Source: Moniliella sp. 'wahieum' (Eukaryota). Taken from it: a stretch of DNA of 64,000 nucleotides. Below are positions 38,814-50,858 of this stretch, piece by piece (position 1 is the stretch's first letter; the number at the start of each line of letters is the position of its first letter). Both the position numbers and the translations under genes were made by a program. The notes under the pieces were generated by a model, which had not been told where the DNA came from, did not search any database, and worked only from the letters and a program-made list of their open reading frames with translations. Location: the NCBI GenBank assembly GCA_003971905.1, contig RSEE01000015.1, positions 868,001 to 932,000 on the forward strand. Direction: 5' to 3'.

Positions 38814-40345
38814 GTAAGCGCGTAACGCGTAGGCTTTCATGCAGCTTCCAGCTTCCAGCTTGAAGCTTGAAGCTTTTAGCTCCTCAGGCCGGCGTCACGC
38901 GTCAGGCCTGACCTCAGGCCTCAGGCTGAGGTTTTAAGAAAGCTCCAATGCAGTGGAAAGCTTGGACGCATGATGCATGACGGATTTAAAGAGGCGAACA
39001 GGTGACATTATGGTAGCCGTGGCATCAGTAGAGTCACTAGTCACATGTGATGCGGTGTGGGTGAACCTGCGGTTGCTTCGGCCAGACGGGAAGCTGAAAA
39101 GGCGGTCAAGCTTCAAGCTTCAAGCTTCAAGCTTCTAGTGACCGGTGACCGGTCTGACCAGTGGGGCTAAGGAGTGGCTAGTGAGCTAGTGAGCTAGTGA
39201 GCTAGTAAGGCCTGAGGCCCGTGAGCGCCCTGAGCCTCAGGCCTCACTAGCACTGAGGTACTGAGGCCTCGGGGCTGAGGCTATGAGGACAATTAACGTT
39301 TAGCAATTGCTGAGCTGTGGCCTGTGACATGTGACACGCGTGACATATCGGTGATGTGATGTGAATTGTTAGACACTGCTCCACACTGGGCCCTGGCACG
39401 GCCAATGCAGGCCGCAGCACAGGGGCAGTGGAGGGGTGTGGCCCCAAGACGAAGCTACACGGTGCGACCATGTTATATCCGGGCGTTTTTGTAAAACCTT
39501 TGTAGACACAAACGCCTCGCACTCCCTGCTCTGACTGATGGGGTGCTGCCTGGTGCTGCCCATCCGCCTGAGGTTCAGGCCTCAGGCTGAACGGCTGAAC
39601 GTTGAACGTTGTTGAACTTCAACGCTGCAGTTCAACGGTTCAGCGCTGAGCCGCTGAACGTTATCCGAGGGGACAGTCTCGCGTTGGGCCCGCTGGGAGT
39701 GGTTGAATGTTAAGTGCGTTGAGAGTTGTTGGCTGCTCTTTTTACTGTTGGCCTTGTGCACTACACATGACGCGCTGCTTCTGGGGGGTTGGTCTGTTCT
39801 GGCCCAGCCACATGCACAACGATAATGCACTTCCTGCCGTTTTTGCTTTGGGTTGGAAAAGCTGTGGAAGCTAGTTGAAACGTGTCTTGTCGACGGTTAG
39901 CTTACTATTGCTATACCGAAACGATGCCCACTGACAGAGCGTGTATTAATGTGCGCGAGGTGCCCACTGGCATCGCAGAAGTCTCCTCGAGTCTCTCTGT
40001 CTGTCCATTGCTATTCTCGCCTTTTCCTCTCAAATCTCAGTTTTTAATAGTGAAGTCACTCCAGTCACTAGTCACTCAGTCTCTGAGTTCTGAGTTCTGA
40101 GTACTCATCGATCATCACTCCCCGAACCCACCCCCTGCCATTAACCATTCGCCACCCACTCTGAAGCGGGACTCGGCGCTGAGCCTCAGCGCTGAGGTTC
40201 TGTAGTGCTCAACAGCCTGAGACCTCTGGGCGCCTGTGAACGTCCCGGCCTGAGCGCCTGAGCGTTGAACCGTTGAACGCCGAACACCCTTTAACAAGCT
40301 TAAAGCTTCAGGCTTCAAGCTTCACGCTTCAAGCTTCACGCCTTC
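38814..40345. repeat. Largest cluster of A-N4-T palindrome arrays (at least 9 different cores)
   Basis: ACGCGT about 38825; AAGCTT 38863 and 38870; AGGCCT; ATGCAT; ACTAGT-c-ACATGT at 39036; AAGCTT x4 at 39108-39134; ACCGGT 39141 and 39148; (agctagtg)x3; AACGTT 39598 and 39605; AGCGCT; AGTACT-c-ATCGAT about 40100; AAGCTT run 40297-40340. Confidence 0.9.
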
Positions 40346-40881
40346 GGCCTCACTATAGTCACTGGTTACTAGCCTAAGGCTCAACTGGAGTTCCCCCCGG
40401 ACATATACACCCGGTGTTTGCCACAACGACATAGTTGCGTGTCAGTTTGCTTGGGTTCAGGCCCAGTACAACCCGCCGCCACCATCACTCTGCTCATATA
40501 CCCCCGGGCAGTCACCGGCGTGCTGTACCCCCCCCTCTTGTCCCGCCTCCTTTCCGTCCCGTCGGCCTACTCTGCCTTCCTCTGACACAGTCTCCCAATT
40601 CCCTCATTGTCTCGCTCTCCAGCCTCCTCGTTATTGGCTCACCCACGGCTGGTCCGTTGCTGCTCGCCTCCTTTCCTCCTCCATCCCTCTCAAGACGACG
40701 ACGTGCCCATTCAACGCTCGACCTCTCGTGCTGTCTTCATTCTTACGGTGCACCGCGCCTCGCTCTCAGCTCTCAACTTTCAGCTCTTAATTCTTCCACC
40801 TGCCTCATTGCGTTCTCGCTGGGCGGCTTCCATTTTCCATGGACCCCCTTGCCCTTCGCATCGCGCGCCTCAGAGACGGAG

Positions 40882-42774
40882 ATGCTCTGGCCATCAGGCG
40901 CTGCGGATTCTGCCTCCACCATCTCCCTGACTCCCGCTCAATCTCCCCTCACAGCCCAACTCGCGCCATTCCCTTCCTCCATATCCACTGCACCCATTCC
41001 CATCACCTCGCCTGTGCCTTCAGGCCTCCCCTTTGCCCATCCGGGAGCCTTGCCTTCCCAACCCCCCCCCAGCCAAATGACTCCAGTGGCCCGGCTCCCT
41101 TGGTCCCGGCCTCGTCATCCCTGTCGCCTCATCTCACAGTAACCCTCACGCCATGGCCTGTGTCGCCGCCCTTGACTGGTTCATCCCTCACCCCGCCCCG
41201 CCACCCCCAGTTGGGCCCCGGGATGCTGGATCCAATTCCAGGGGCTGTTTCTCCATCCCAGCTCTTTAACCCTCAACCATCCTCGTCAACATCTCTCGCT
41301 CTCGCACCCACAGTCTTCACCTCCCCGGATGCCCCTGCTTTTCCCCGTGCCCCCCAACACAGCACCCACATCACTCTCATCTGCTACGACGTATCGTCAC
41401 CTCGTTCTCCACCCCCAGATGCCCGCGCCATCCCATTCTGGTCGGCTAAACCGTATTCCCTCCCGCCCCTCCCGTCCGTATCCTCAACCACTCCGTTCTG
41501 GCAGCATTGGGTCTTCCACCTCCTCTCTTTCCCCTACGATGAACAACGTCGGTTTGGGCCTTTCGGGCTCTCCCTATCCCTCTCTCGCGGCTATGGGATC
41601 CTCGGGCCCGATAAGAACCGGTGCAGGAGTGTCCCCGTCACCAAATTTAGCAAGTTTGGGCTCATTTGCTTCGGATTTAACACCCCTTCGGTACTTCTGC
41701 ATTCATCAGGTGGTGGGAAGACCTATGTTCCTGGTTCTAGCACTTTTCACAACAGTGAGGTATGTACCCACCTCCACCCTCCATTCGGGTGGTTTGTCCG
41801 TTGACTGGCCTCGAGCTGACTGATTTGTGTCAATCAATAATAGCTGTGGATTAACGACAAGCTACCCCTTCTACGCGAGGGAAGAGATTACGACTTGCAG
41901 GCGGCCAAATCCGCACCATCGGCTTGCATATCTATTGAGATTGAGCAGAGTGGAAAGACACCTCCTGTTGTGCAGAGGGAAATCAGTCCACCTCTTCTAT
42001 GTCCGGGGGTATCGAGGCCTCACATCCTACCCATACCGTGCTCATGGCCCCAGTACCTTCCGTGAGGGTGCACTGGGCTAAGGAGCTTGTTTCTCAACTG
42101 GTTCGCAAATCTGTGCCTCTTTCTCCTCCACACCAGCAGCCGGACCCAGGGGATTCTAGCAAACGGTCCATCGCCCGCTCCGCCGGTAAACTTTCTTTCC
42201 TCTTGCCAGACGTGTCCGATTGGGACGAGCTGAAGGATGAGCTGGTCGCTGCCGGGCCATTTAAGACGGATCGAATTTGGGAACGGACGGTGGTTAGCGG
42301 GGAAAGCGAGACGAGCACATTGAGTACTCCTCCTGTCTTACCTGCTGCCGTTCACGCGAATCAGCACCGATCGTGGCACCCACGACGATGTTGGACCAAC
42401 ATCAAGGCTCCAACTCTTCACCTGACCAGCGAAAGTGTCAACCGGGTGGTAAGTCGGCTCGCTGCGTCTGTCGCACCCGAATCGCAGCCAAGGTGCGTTC
42501 CGACCGTCGGGGTGTCCAGGTGACCATCACCGACCGTCTGGGCCACTGCATCGCCCCCACGGACCGCAAAGAACGGGCAATGGTGAGCAAATTTGTTCAT
42601 CATCTGGCCGCCTTGGGTGTTCCTCCAGCCCAAGTCCATTCCCTGATTGCTCACCTGTCCCAAGATGCCGAAAGCCTCTCGCCCCAAGATCGAGCATTTT
42701 ACCTCGAGTGGCTTCCTTCGGGCAAGTACTGCCAAGTCTTGCGTGCCGCTTCAGTACGACAGCATAGGCCTTGA
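40882..42774 (+). CDS. Hypothetical protein, possibly with a C-terminal WRKY/GCM1-like (MULE-derived) zinc domain
   Basis: Long Pro/Ser-rich ORFs and an intron GTATGT(41760)...CTGAC...TAG(41843). C-terminal 'RKCQPGGKSARCVCRTRIAAK...VTITDRLGHC...LAALGVPPAQVHSLI'. Confidence 0.5.
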
Positions 42775-44644
42775 TCCTTCACTGGATCAGGTCGAGATTG
42801 CCTTGGCCTCTCTCATCGTACCAATGGTGCACTGGAGCAGGGAGTCACTGCCCCTCTGCCTGCATCTGCCTTTTGGGGCAGCGCTCCTGGCAAACACTGG
42901 GCGTATAACATATTCCCCCCTGCAATGGAGGCCGTCAAAAGCCCCCTTCTTTCTATTGGGTCTGTCTTTCTATATTGGTCGATTTCCGCATTTCGTCATC
43001 CTTGCATCTCTCGTACCCCTCTCCACCTTCCACGTCGCCCTATTGCATTGGCACTTGACTCCTGCTCGGGGGCGACTATTCAACCCACACAGGCTGGCAC
43101 CACACCTTCGTCTATGTCCCCGGTTGGACATATACGAGCGCCATATGCTCTTCACGATGCTTGGGATCTGTGCCTGTTGCTCCTTCCCCCCCTGTCCCCC
43201 GGTAACATCCTGTCACCTTTTTTCCGGTTCCATGTTCAACGTTCAACGACATCAACAACCGTTTTCTTTTTCTTTTAACGTTTCCTTCATCGCTACTTCA
43301 AGATTCCCATCCTTCCTGTTTCCCCCTCCCCCTCAATCAGAATACAAGAAAGTAAGTAACAGCTCTTCACATTCCTTCGAGCTTCACATTGCTTCACGTT
43401 GCTTGCCTTTACTTTCTTTGTCATGATCACTGTTTTCAGTTGATCTCTCTTTCCTCTGCACTTTTTTGCTGAGGATAACAATCATTACTTTCTCACGATG
43501 ATCGGACTACATGTGGAAGTAGCGGATCGCGATGGACCTTTCTGTTCTACTTTGTATCGTCCTCCCTGTCATAAAGGCGTTGGTTGGACTATCATGGTTG
43601 GGCGACCGTGGCCCAGGTGGCAATTACATATCTCGCAGCATGCTCGGAATGCTACGCAGGCCCCCTTTTCTCTCATAGTATCTTCCACAATCTGCAAGTT
43701 GGAAAGGCCCACTGCCCTAATTCTGAGTGTGAGACTACTGCGTAGGATTGGTGAGACGCGGTAAAATGCAATCGTATCTTATTCTTCCGCTTCACAGCAG
43801 CAGTGCGTGGGTGGACAAATTGAAACGCCCCCTCGTCACATGCAGTCTCTCTTTTCGCTTTTGGCTTGCCACATGTCACATCCTACAACAGTTGGAACCA
43901 GTCTGTCCCCCGTCTCACGCGTAGGCAGATCTATATATATCTTCCTTACATATCAGAGTGCCTGGTGTCAGTTGCGAGTACTCCTTTGTACATATCACAG
44001 TCAGGGGCTAATAAGACGAAGGGAGACCATAATCAAGACGAGGTCTGTCGGGAGATGTAATAGTAGCAATCCTTTGTGGGAAAACTATGAGTGCAATAGC
44101 AGAGGACTGCATAATGGAGCACCGCAGAAGATCAGGGAAAGAGAGGCAACGCACATGTGAGACAGAGACTTTTTGGAAATGGGAGCGATATCATATATCA
44201 CAAACTATGACACCAATTACTATACCCCTCTTTTTCGTGCCAAGGTGCCCCGTATGTTATAACTTTGTCCAAGAAGGGCTGCACTTTCGATCCCACCCCC
44301 CGGCTGCAAATGGAACGTCGACAAGGTGTATTATTCTCACCTAGTAGATGCGCGCGTACCGTATAAACTGTTGGGCTTATATCCGACCGGGCGAAACGAT
44401 ATCCCATCAAGCGTTGAAATCAAACGCAGAGAGGGAGTGGTATTAGACCCGTTTTGAAGCTTCTGATGTATACCAACAAGTTGTTTCTCTCTATAAATAG
44501 CCGTGTAGTTTTCAATGGATTGATTATTGAATTACTCATCGGGAAAGAGGGGTATATATGTACGCGACGGATCGATGGGGGAGATGATGGGGACCTCACA
44601 AAAGAGGCCCCTGTGAGGAAGAGAGTCGGGTGACGACGGTGTGC

Positions 44645-44870
44645 GTTGACGACGTTCAAGTTGAACTTCAAGCTTCAAGCTTCAAGCTTGAACGTTGAAC
44701 GTTGACGGTCATACGCTGAGGGCCATGCTGTCGGCGTTTCGTCAGTACAATACGCCCGTGATCGACATAGCGCACGACGCTTCGATATGCTCTTTGGGCG
44801 CTAAGGGATATAATGCCTAAGGGGTCTAAGGCCTAAGGGGACTATATAATAAGGCCTAAGGCCTATTAAG
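44645..44870. repeat. Array AAGCTT-c-AAGCTT-c-AAGCTT-g-AACGTT-g-AACGTT, plus AGGCCT-a-AGGCCT
   Basis: Units at 44670, 44677, 44684, 44691 and 44698; AGGCCT at 44852 and 44859. Confidence 0.92.
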
Positions 44871-45499
44871 GACGATGATCATCGGTGAGTATATATATAG
44901 TACGTCCCTGTGACTGGCTACCGTGACCGAGAGATCACCGCCTCCGAAGTGAATATGAGTATCTGTACGTTTTATTAAGCGCTTGCGCGGCTCTCAGTAG
45001 TGAGAGATGAGAGCTTCCTGTTGAGAGGGTTTGGGACGTGTGAGGGTGTGGAGTATATATATACTCACACAGTGTTATTCTCTTCACTCTTCAATAGTCA
45101 CCCTTCCCGTCATGCAGTGCCTCAAGAATGCTCAGCGCGCTCATCGACATAATCGAAGCTACGGATACGCCCTAACGTGGATGAAACAGGGGGAACAAGA
45201 CTGATATCTGAGAAGCGGGCTGTGTGTCTTTGCTTAATCCACCGTTATAAACAGGTCCTCGATCGATGATCTCGATGATCAATGTCGGCTTATAGTGCTT
45301 AGCGCTTATTATCTCTCGGACAACGGAAGACATTGTAGAAAGGGGGTGGCTTTTTTTACGACAAAGCGGCCCCACTAATAGAACCCGTGAACCATATGCT
45401 TATCGAGAACTTCACACTCAATTACCGCAAACCTCATCCGTCCCCCATTACACATTTGGGGAGTGATGCTAGTGATGCATGGAGGACTAAAACCTTTTT

Positions 45500-47700
45500 G
45501 TAGTACACGGGAAAGGAAATAAGGGCGCGTGCGGCCGAAGCACCCCTCAGCAGATCGATTTCACCCGCTCCCATTTAAAACAACATTAACCGCGGCTTAA
45601 CCACATAGTACTATGGGTGCGCGCCTCTCACCTCGCATTATGGCCGACGAGCAAGGGCAACTTACTGATTATCATCCCTTCCTTTGTTACGGAACGAAGA
45701 AGATGAGGCCGGCGGTGTTTTCAATCCATAGAGTTAAGAGCTCCATAATGCTTCCGTGCTGGAAGATGGTATGGTATTCCGACTGCTCCAACTGCTATGT
45801 ATTCTGTGAGAAGGTGATGTCGATGAACCGCATCGAAAGACTCACATCAGTTAGGGGTTTCCAGTGATATAAGCATATTGTTCGCCGTCTTGGAGGCATA
45901 CTACCGACTTTTGCGTGGTCCGCGTCATCCTGATCAAGGGGGAAAACAACGGATATTGAGTATGGCCCTCACAGGTACTTGACGGTTCCCTTTTGTGATT
46001 ACGCTTGCTGATGCAACGTTCGAAGCCGCTCCTTTTCCCTGCGTTCCACAGGCGTTTGTGCGACGGTTTCCTTTTTTACGACACCGCGTCCGCCGATACC
46101 CAAAACAATTGTGAGACGACCTGTGGGTGAATCAACACACCGATCATCCCAGCTGTTAGGCTGAAGTCTACAGACGAAGCGTTCTCCCCCCCACACAAGT
46201 TCCATGCCTGAACACCGTGCCGGTCTTTGAGCCATAAAAAGAGGCCACTTTGGTCAAATTCTCCTGTAGTTTATAGGGCGAAATTCGCAAACCAAGGCTT
46301 GCGCCTCCTTCTCGCGGATACTCTATGAGATATAATCCCTCTGCAATGGTACGTTGTACTGTAGAAGCGATGTATTATACATGTCAGAGGTTGTAGGCAG
46401 AGACTATATTCTGGGGAGGGTACCGGTCCCAATCCAATATAGCGCTTCATGAGTGGTACCAACGCTTGTTTACGCAGTAAATATACAGGTCCCCAGAACT
46501 CGGCTGACGGCATCATCCTGATCATGCACCGAGGAAAGGATGCGTTGATGGCTCTCAGTATACTGTGCAGTTTTGGTATCCTACGTTCCGTCAGTTGGAA
46601 CTGTATCGGAAGAATATGGGCCGCCATAGCTTTTTCCCTTAATAGAACTAGCCTGTATACTCCCGGCGATTGAGCTTCCCATGTAACAGTCGGGACTAGA
46701 CGAGGGAGACCAAGGTCCTGTCAGAGACGGAGGGGATGGCAAGAAAGTGGAGAGGAAACGGAAAAAAGGCATAGGGCAGGGAACAGAAAAAAAAAAGGAA
46801 GGAATGAACAAGTGGTACACGGGATGCAGAAGTGGAAATTGGAGCGAGCTTGGTCATTCGATGAGACCCATGCTCCATCTTGTCAATAGGTACGGTATCA
46901 TACTTCTCTCCCTTTTCATTGCCTCTTCTGCTCGCCACTAGAGAAAAAATAAAATGTGTAACCACAGTCTGTTTTCGGATTCATCTTCTGTGTGGATTTT
47001 TGTCAACCACCCCGTATATATTAACCCCCGCAAGATGAACGGTTAGGTTTAGACGTAGCGTTCCCCCTGTCCCAGCCTTCTTAAGTCTGCCAATGAAATG
47101 GACGTTGTATAGGAGTAAGGCGGGATCTATTCCAACACAAGATTAAGGTCCTCCTGAGACTTTCCTCAAAAATTGGGGGCGAGTTTCGACTGCTTACCAT
47201 ACGGCGCCGTTGCTGATACGAAAGTTGAAGGTCTCTTTTTATATTGGGCGCGGTTGCGGTTTCTTATACAAAAACTCCCTTGGAACGCCGGGAGAAGGAG
47301 CTGCTTCGGCTGCTTGAACAAGCAGAATACGACAAGAACGCCATGTACCAAAGACGCACTCAAGAGCCGTTCTTCCTCCTGGTTTTGACGACGCGAGGAT
47401 ACTACGGCACCAAGACAGCGGGCAAGTTGTTTGCGCATTGGGAGGATTTGGCTACTAAGTCTCAGTGGAAATGGTTCCTCGCTCGGATGTCAACCACGTT
47501 TTCATCCGTGTCCACACGCGCTTCCTAGGGTACGGGACCGGATGGCGAGAAACGGAGGGGTGATATCCTGGCGTTAACCCTGGTTCCTTAACCTTGGTGG
47601 CGCTTCCAAGTAACCCCCGCAAGATGAACGGTTAGGTTTAGAAGTAGCGTTCCCCCTGTCCCTCTGTCTTAAGCTCGTCTCTGTCAATGAAATGGACGCG
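45500..47700 (+). mobile_element. Decayed non-LTR retrotransposon relic(s), 3' RLE end, with a duplicated ~85-bp segment
   Basis: ORF 47244-47528 'EQAEYDKNAMY..EPFFLLVLTTRG..LFAHW..WKWFLARMS' resembles the C-terminus of RLE LINEs (K..Y...F.P.V....G). The region looks lower in GC than the genes and has no intact ORF. Left boundary uncertain. Confidence 0.45.
47022..47698 (+). repeat. Direct repeat pair 47022-47104 and 47611-47698
   Basis: First 52 nt match at 51/52 (taacccccgcaagatgaacggttaggtttaga[c/a]gtagcgttccccctgtccc). Similarity continues with indels to caatgaaatggacg. Confidence 0.95.
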
Positions 47701-48260
47701 ATCTGTTTTTGCCTCCAATATACCGAGACATGATAAAACTTGATAAATGCAACGTTCAACACTGTCGTGGCACGTGATCCAGTATACTAGGCGCGAGCAT
47801 TCAACAATTGAATCGAATGTACCGTCACATGTCACACGTCACCCGTTTCTAACGCAACACAGATCCGAGCGACTAGCATCCTGCAAAAGCATTTCGGTGG
47901 CTCTCCCTCTCTGCCACGGCGGGTTTGATGGACTGGGTGCTCTTCCGCGTGTCCATCAAGCTAGTATCCAAGGGCAGGGCCGCAGGGGTAAGAACAGCAA
48001 GTTGCGCCCAGCATCCAACTGCACGAACTGGTTTGAGATGGTGTAGTGCTGAATCCGAGAGCATGTAGGTTCCACGTAGCCTAAAATTACAATTGGTTGG
48101 TCTTCCGCTCAGGTTGACCAATCTAGTGCGGAAAAATAGGACATCCAGCTCCCTGCCTTGGCGCAGTTTGATTCGCGCGGCACGTTACCACTTTTGGCCA
48201 TCCCTACACCTTACCCACAACCACCTCGCACCCCCGCTTGGTGCTCACTTGTTCCGCATC

Positions 48261-49960
48261 ATGACATCTCCTCCTGCGGAGCGCACGTCTTTCTCCCTGG
48301 GTCACCCGCATCGCTTGGGTCCCCTGGCCTGGTGGCGTCACCAGCCTCGCCTCGGGCGATGGACAGTCTGGGCGAAACGTCGGCCGAGGGACTGCGCCAA
48401 GAACTCCTGCTGGCACGTCGGGAACGCGACGAGTATGAAGCGAAGTACAAGGGGTTGCTGGGTAAATTGACCCAAATGCGTGCTACGCTTGGAGAGCGGT
48501 TACAACGTGACGCGGTACGTCCTACTCTTTCCCTGCCGGATGGAGAGCGGCTAATATGGAACGTTGCAGGAGGAGTGGAGGAGCGTGAAAGCAAGTTGAC
48601 GCGTTGACTGGCCAAGTAATAGTTTGGACCGAAACAGTCAGACACTGCAAGGAGGAAATCAAGACGAGCAATGCCGAGGCCGAGCGATTGCATGCTGAGT
48701 TGCAGCAGGCCAAGCAGGCCCCCGCGCCGGCCCAGAGGCGGACAAGGGGCATGTTCTCGCCTTGGAGCGCAGGCTGCGCGAGGTGCTTGAAGAGTTGGAG
48801 CAGCTCAAGATCACCGTCGAGACGTGGGAACCCACAACCCAATCGAGCGGGCTTACGTACAGAGCTGAGGAGGCCCTTTTGGCCATGAGAGAAAGCAAAT
48901 CCACTGCTGAAGCGTTTGCTGCCAACTTGCAGACGCAACTTGCGGCCGACAGCAAACCACTCGTGAACTCCAGGATGTGCTGGCGGAATTCGAGGCGTCA
49001 AAGATGGACGAGGTGACTCGGGCGTCGAATGAGGCCCAGGAGGAGCTCACGAAACTTACCGCTGAGCTGCAGGAACAAAGGAAGCTTGCCGAGGAGGCGA
49101 GGTACGTACTTCCGTCTTGCCACCACTTGTGATGGAACTAGCACTGACCTTTGCATATATGAGCAGAAACAACGAGACGAATGTGCGATGCAGCGAGCAA
49201 GAGCAAAGCATTGGAACAGGAAATTAAGGAGAGGAATCTGCTATCGGCAAGTTAGGCATGAGGGTACGTTCTCTCCTCTGGCACTCTCTCCTGGCCAAAT
49301 TACCTACTAACCTATTTTTACCCTGTAGCGGTCATCCTCAACGAACACCTGACCGAAGCCTTGCGGCGCTTGCGCACCGAGTCGTCGGAAAACAACGTTG
49401 ATCGCCGGCTCGTAACCAACCTGTTCTCCAATTCCTCAGCCCCCCCCGACGGGAAGCGGTTCGAAATGCTCAACGTCATGGCATCTGTCCTGGGCTGGAC
49501 CGATGAGGAACGCGAAACGGCCGGGATAGCACGGCGGGGTCACAACCTCCCACCGCCGGGTAAGCGCCAGGGCCCTCAACGTGCCTCGGAGGACGAGCCA
49601 TCGGATGCACACAATGAGGTATGTTTTCTTTCTCCCCCTCCATCATATGCGCATCATGGCGACGCAGGTGGTTTTCGGTGCTTAGTGTTGACCCTGCCTC
49701 TCTCAGTCTTTACTCGCATGTTTGTCCAGTTCTTGCTACGCGAAGCGGATAGCGGTTCTGCGCCCAACGGCAAGAATACACCAGAAAAGGCATAGCTGCA
49801 TTCGTTCCTCTATCAATGAGATTTTGGGCTTGTTTGGGACCTGGTATTGTCCCTCTGGCCTCACCCCCCCACCCCCTTTCTAATCGGTGCCTGTTCCCAC
49901 CGGTCATCTTCCATGGCTGTGCATTTGGCCTCGGATTGCGTATTCGCCCCCGCCCAGTAA
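48261..49960 (+). CDS. RUD3: GRAB-domain golgin (Rud3/GMAP-210-like coiled-coil protein)
   Basis: 'YKGLLGKLTQMRATLGERLQRDA' and a coiled coil. 'AVILNEHLTEALRRLR..NVDRRLVTNLF..RFEML..MASVLGWTDEERE.AG', then 'F.RMFVQFLL.EA'. Four canonical introns start at 48515, 49102, 49264 and 49619. End approximate. Confidence 0.85.
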
Positions 49961-50059
49961 CTTTAAGAGTGGTCCCACAGGCTCGTTTCCTGCCTGCCTC
50001 CCATTGGCTCTCCAGGCCTTGCGTGAGATCGATCGCTCAGCGTGGACAGGCCCCTCAGT

Positions 50060-50110
50060 GTTGAGTTGAGCGTTGAGTGACGTTGAGCCTCAACGTTGAG
50101 TTAACGTTGA
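50060..50110. repeat. AACGTT-type degenerate 7-mer array
   Basis: gttgagcgttgagtgacgttgagcctcaacgttgagttaacgttgaag read directly. Confidence 0.75.
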
Positions 50111-50858
50111 AGACGATGCGAGGAAGGCAGGGTGGGTGGGACATCACGTGACGTGATACTCAATATGCACCGAAGATGCACTTTACCCTGAACAAAGTCA
50201 CTCCACTCTGGGTTGGGGGCCGGTAGGATGAGACACGGCGTGCCGTTTTGCTCCACTCGGCCAATCCCGGGACGCAACAGGAGCAAGAGCAACAGACGGT
50301 GGGTAGCATGTGCGGGAGAGAGAGGGGGCAGGCACAGTGCGCTTGCACCAAAGTATACACACAGTGAGAGCGGGGCATCAAGCTATACGTCAGCACCGAC
50401 AGGAAACGTAGGAAACGTTGCTTGATTGTGAGCGCGCGCGAACCGTTGATCCCGGCGCTGATGATCATCTCGACCGTTATTGCGGCCTAGGGCCCCAAGC
50501 GCCCAGGGCCCAGGAGAGGGGATTGGTATTGAGCGCGCGCATTGAGCGTGGGCTGAGCGCAGCTCCCGCTGAGCGCGAGCGCAGTTTGAGCCGTCTGGAC
50601 TGCCCGTCCTCTTCGCATATTCATCTGCCCAGCCTCATCACCCGGCGGTCCCGAGGGTCCTCCTCTGAGACGCAGGCTCTCCACAGGCACAGCGTGCTTC
50701 AGTTGGACCCACTCGGGTCCCTCATATACAAACCCCACATCCGCCTGCTTCCTTGTTGCCTGAAGTGGGGTCTCTTGAACACACCCGCCACGCTTCCGCC
50801 CCTCTCCTGTTTTCCTTTGCGCTGCCACCACCACTGTTGCTCCTTCACCTGACACTCT

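Noticed and set aside
38814..40345. CRISPR array or synthetic polylinker (many HindIII, StuI, SpeI, AgeI and MluI sites)
   Set aside because: No constant 25-45-bp repeat with unique spacers. The sites are degenerate, tandem, restricted to A-N4-T and dispersed through a eukaryotic genome, unlike vector sequence.
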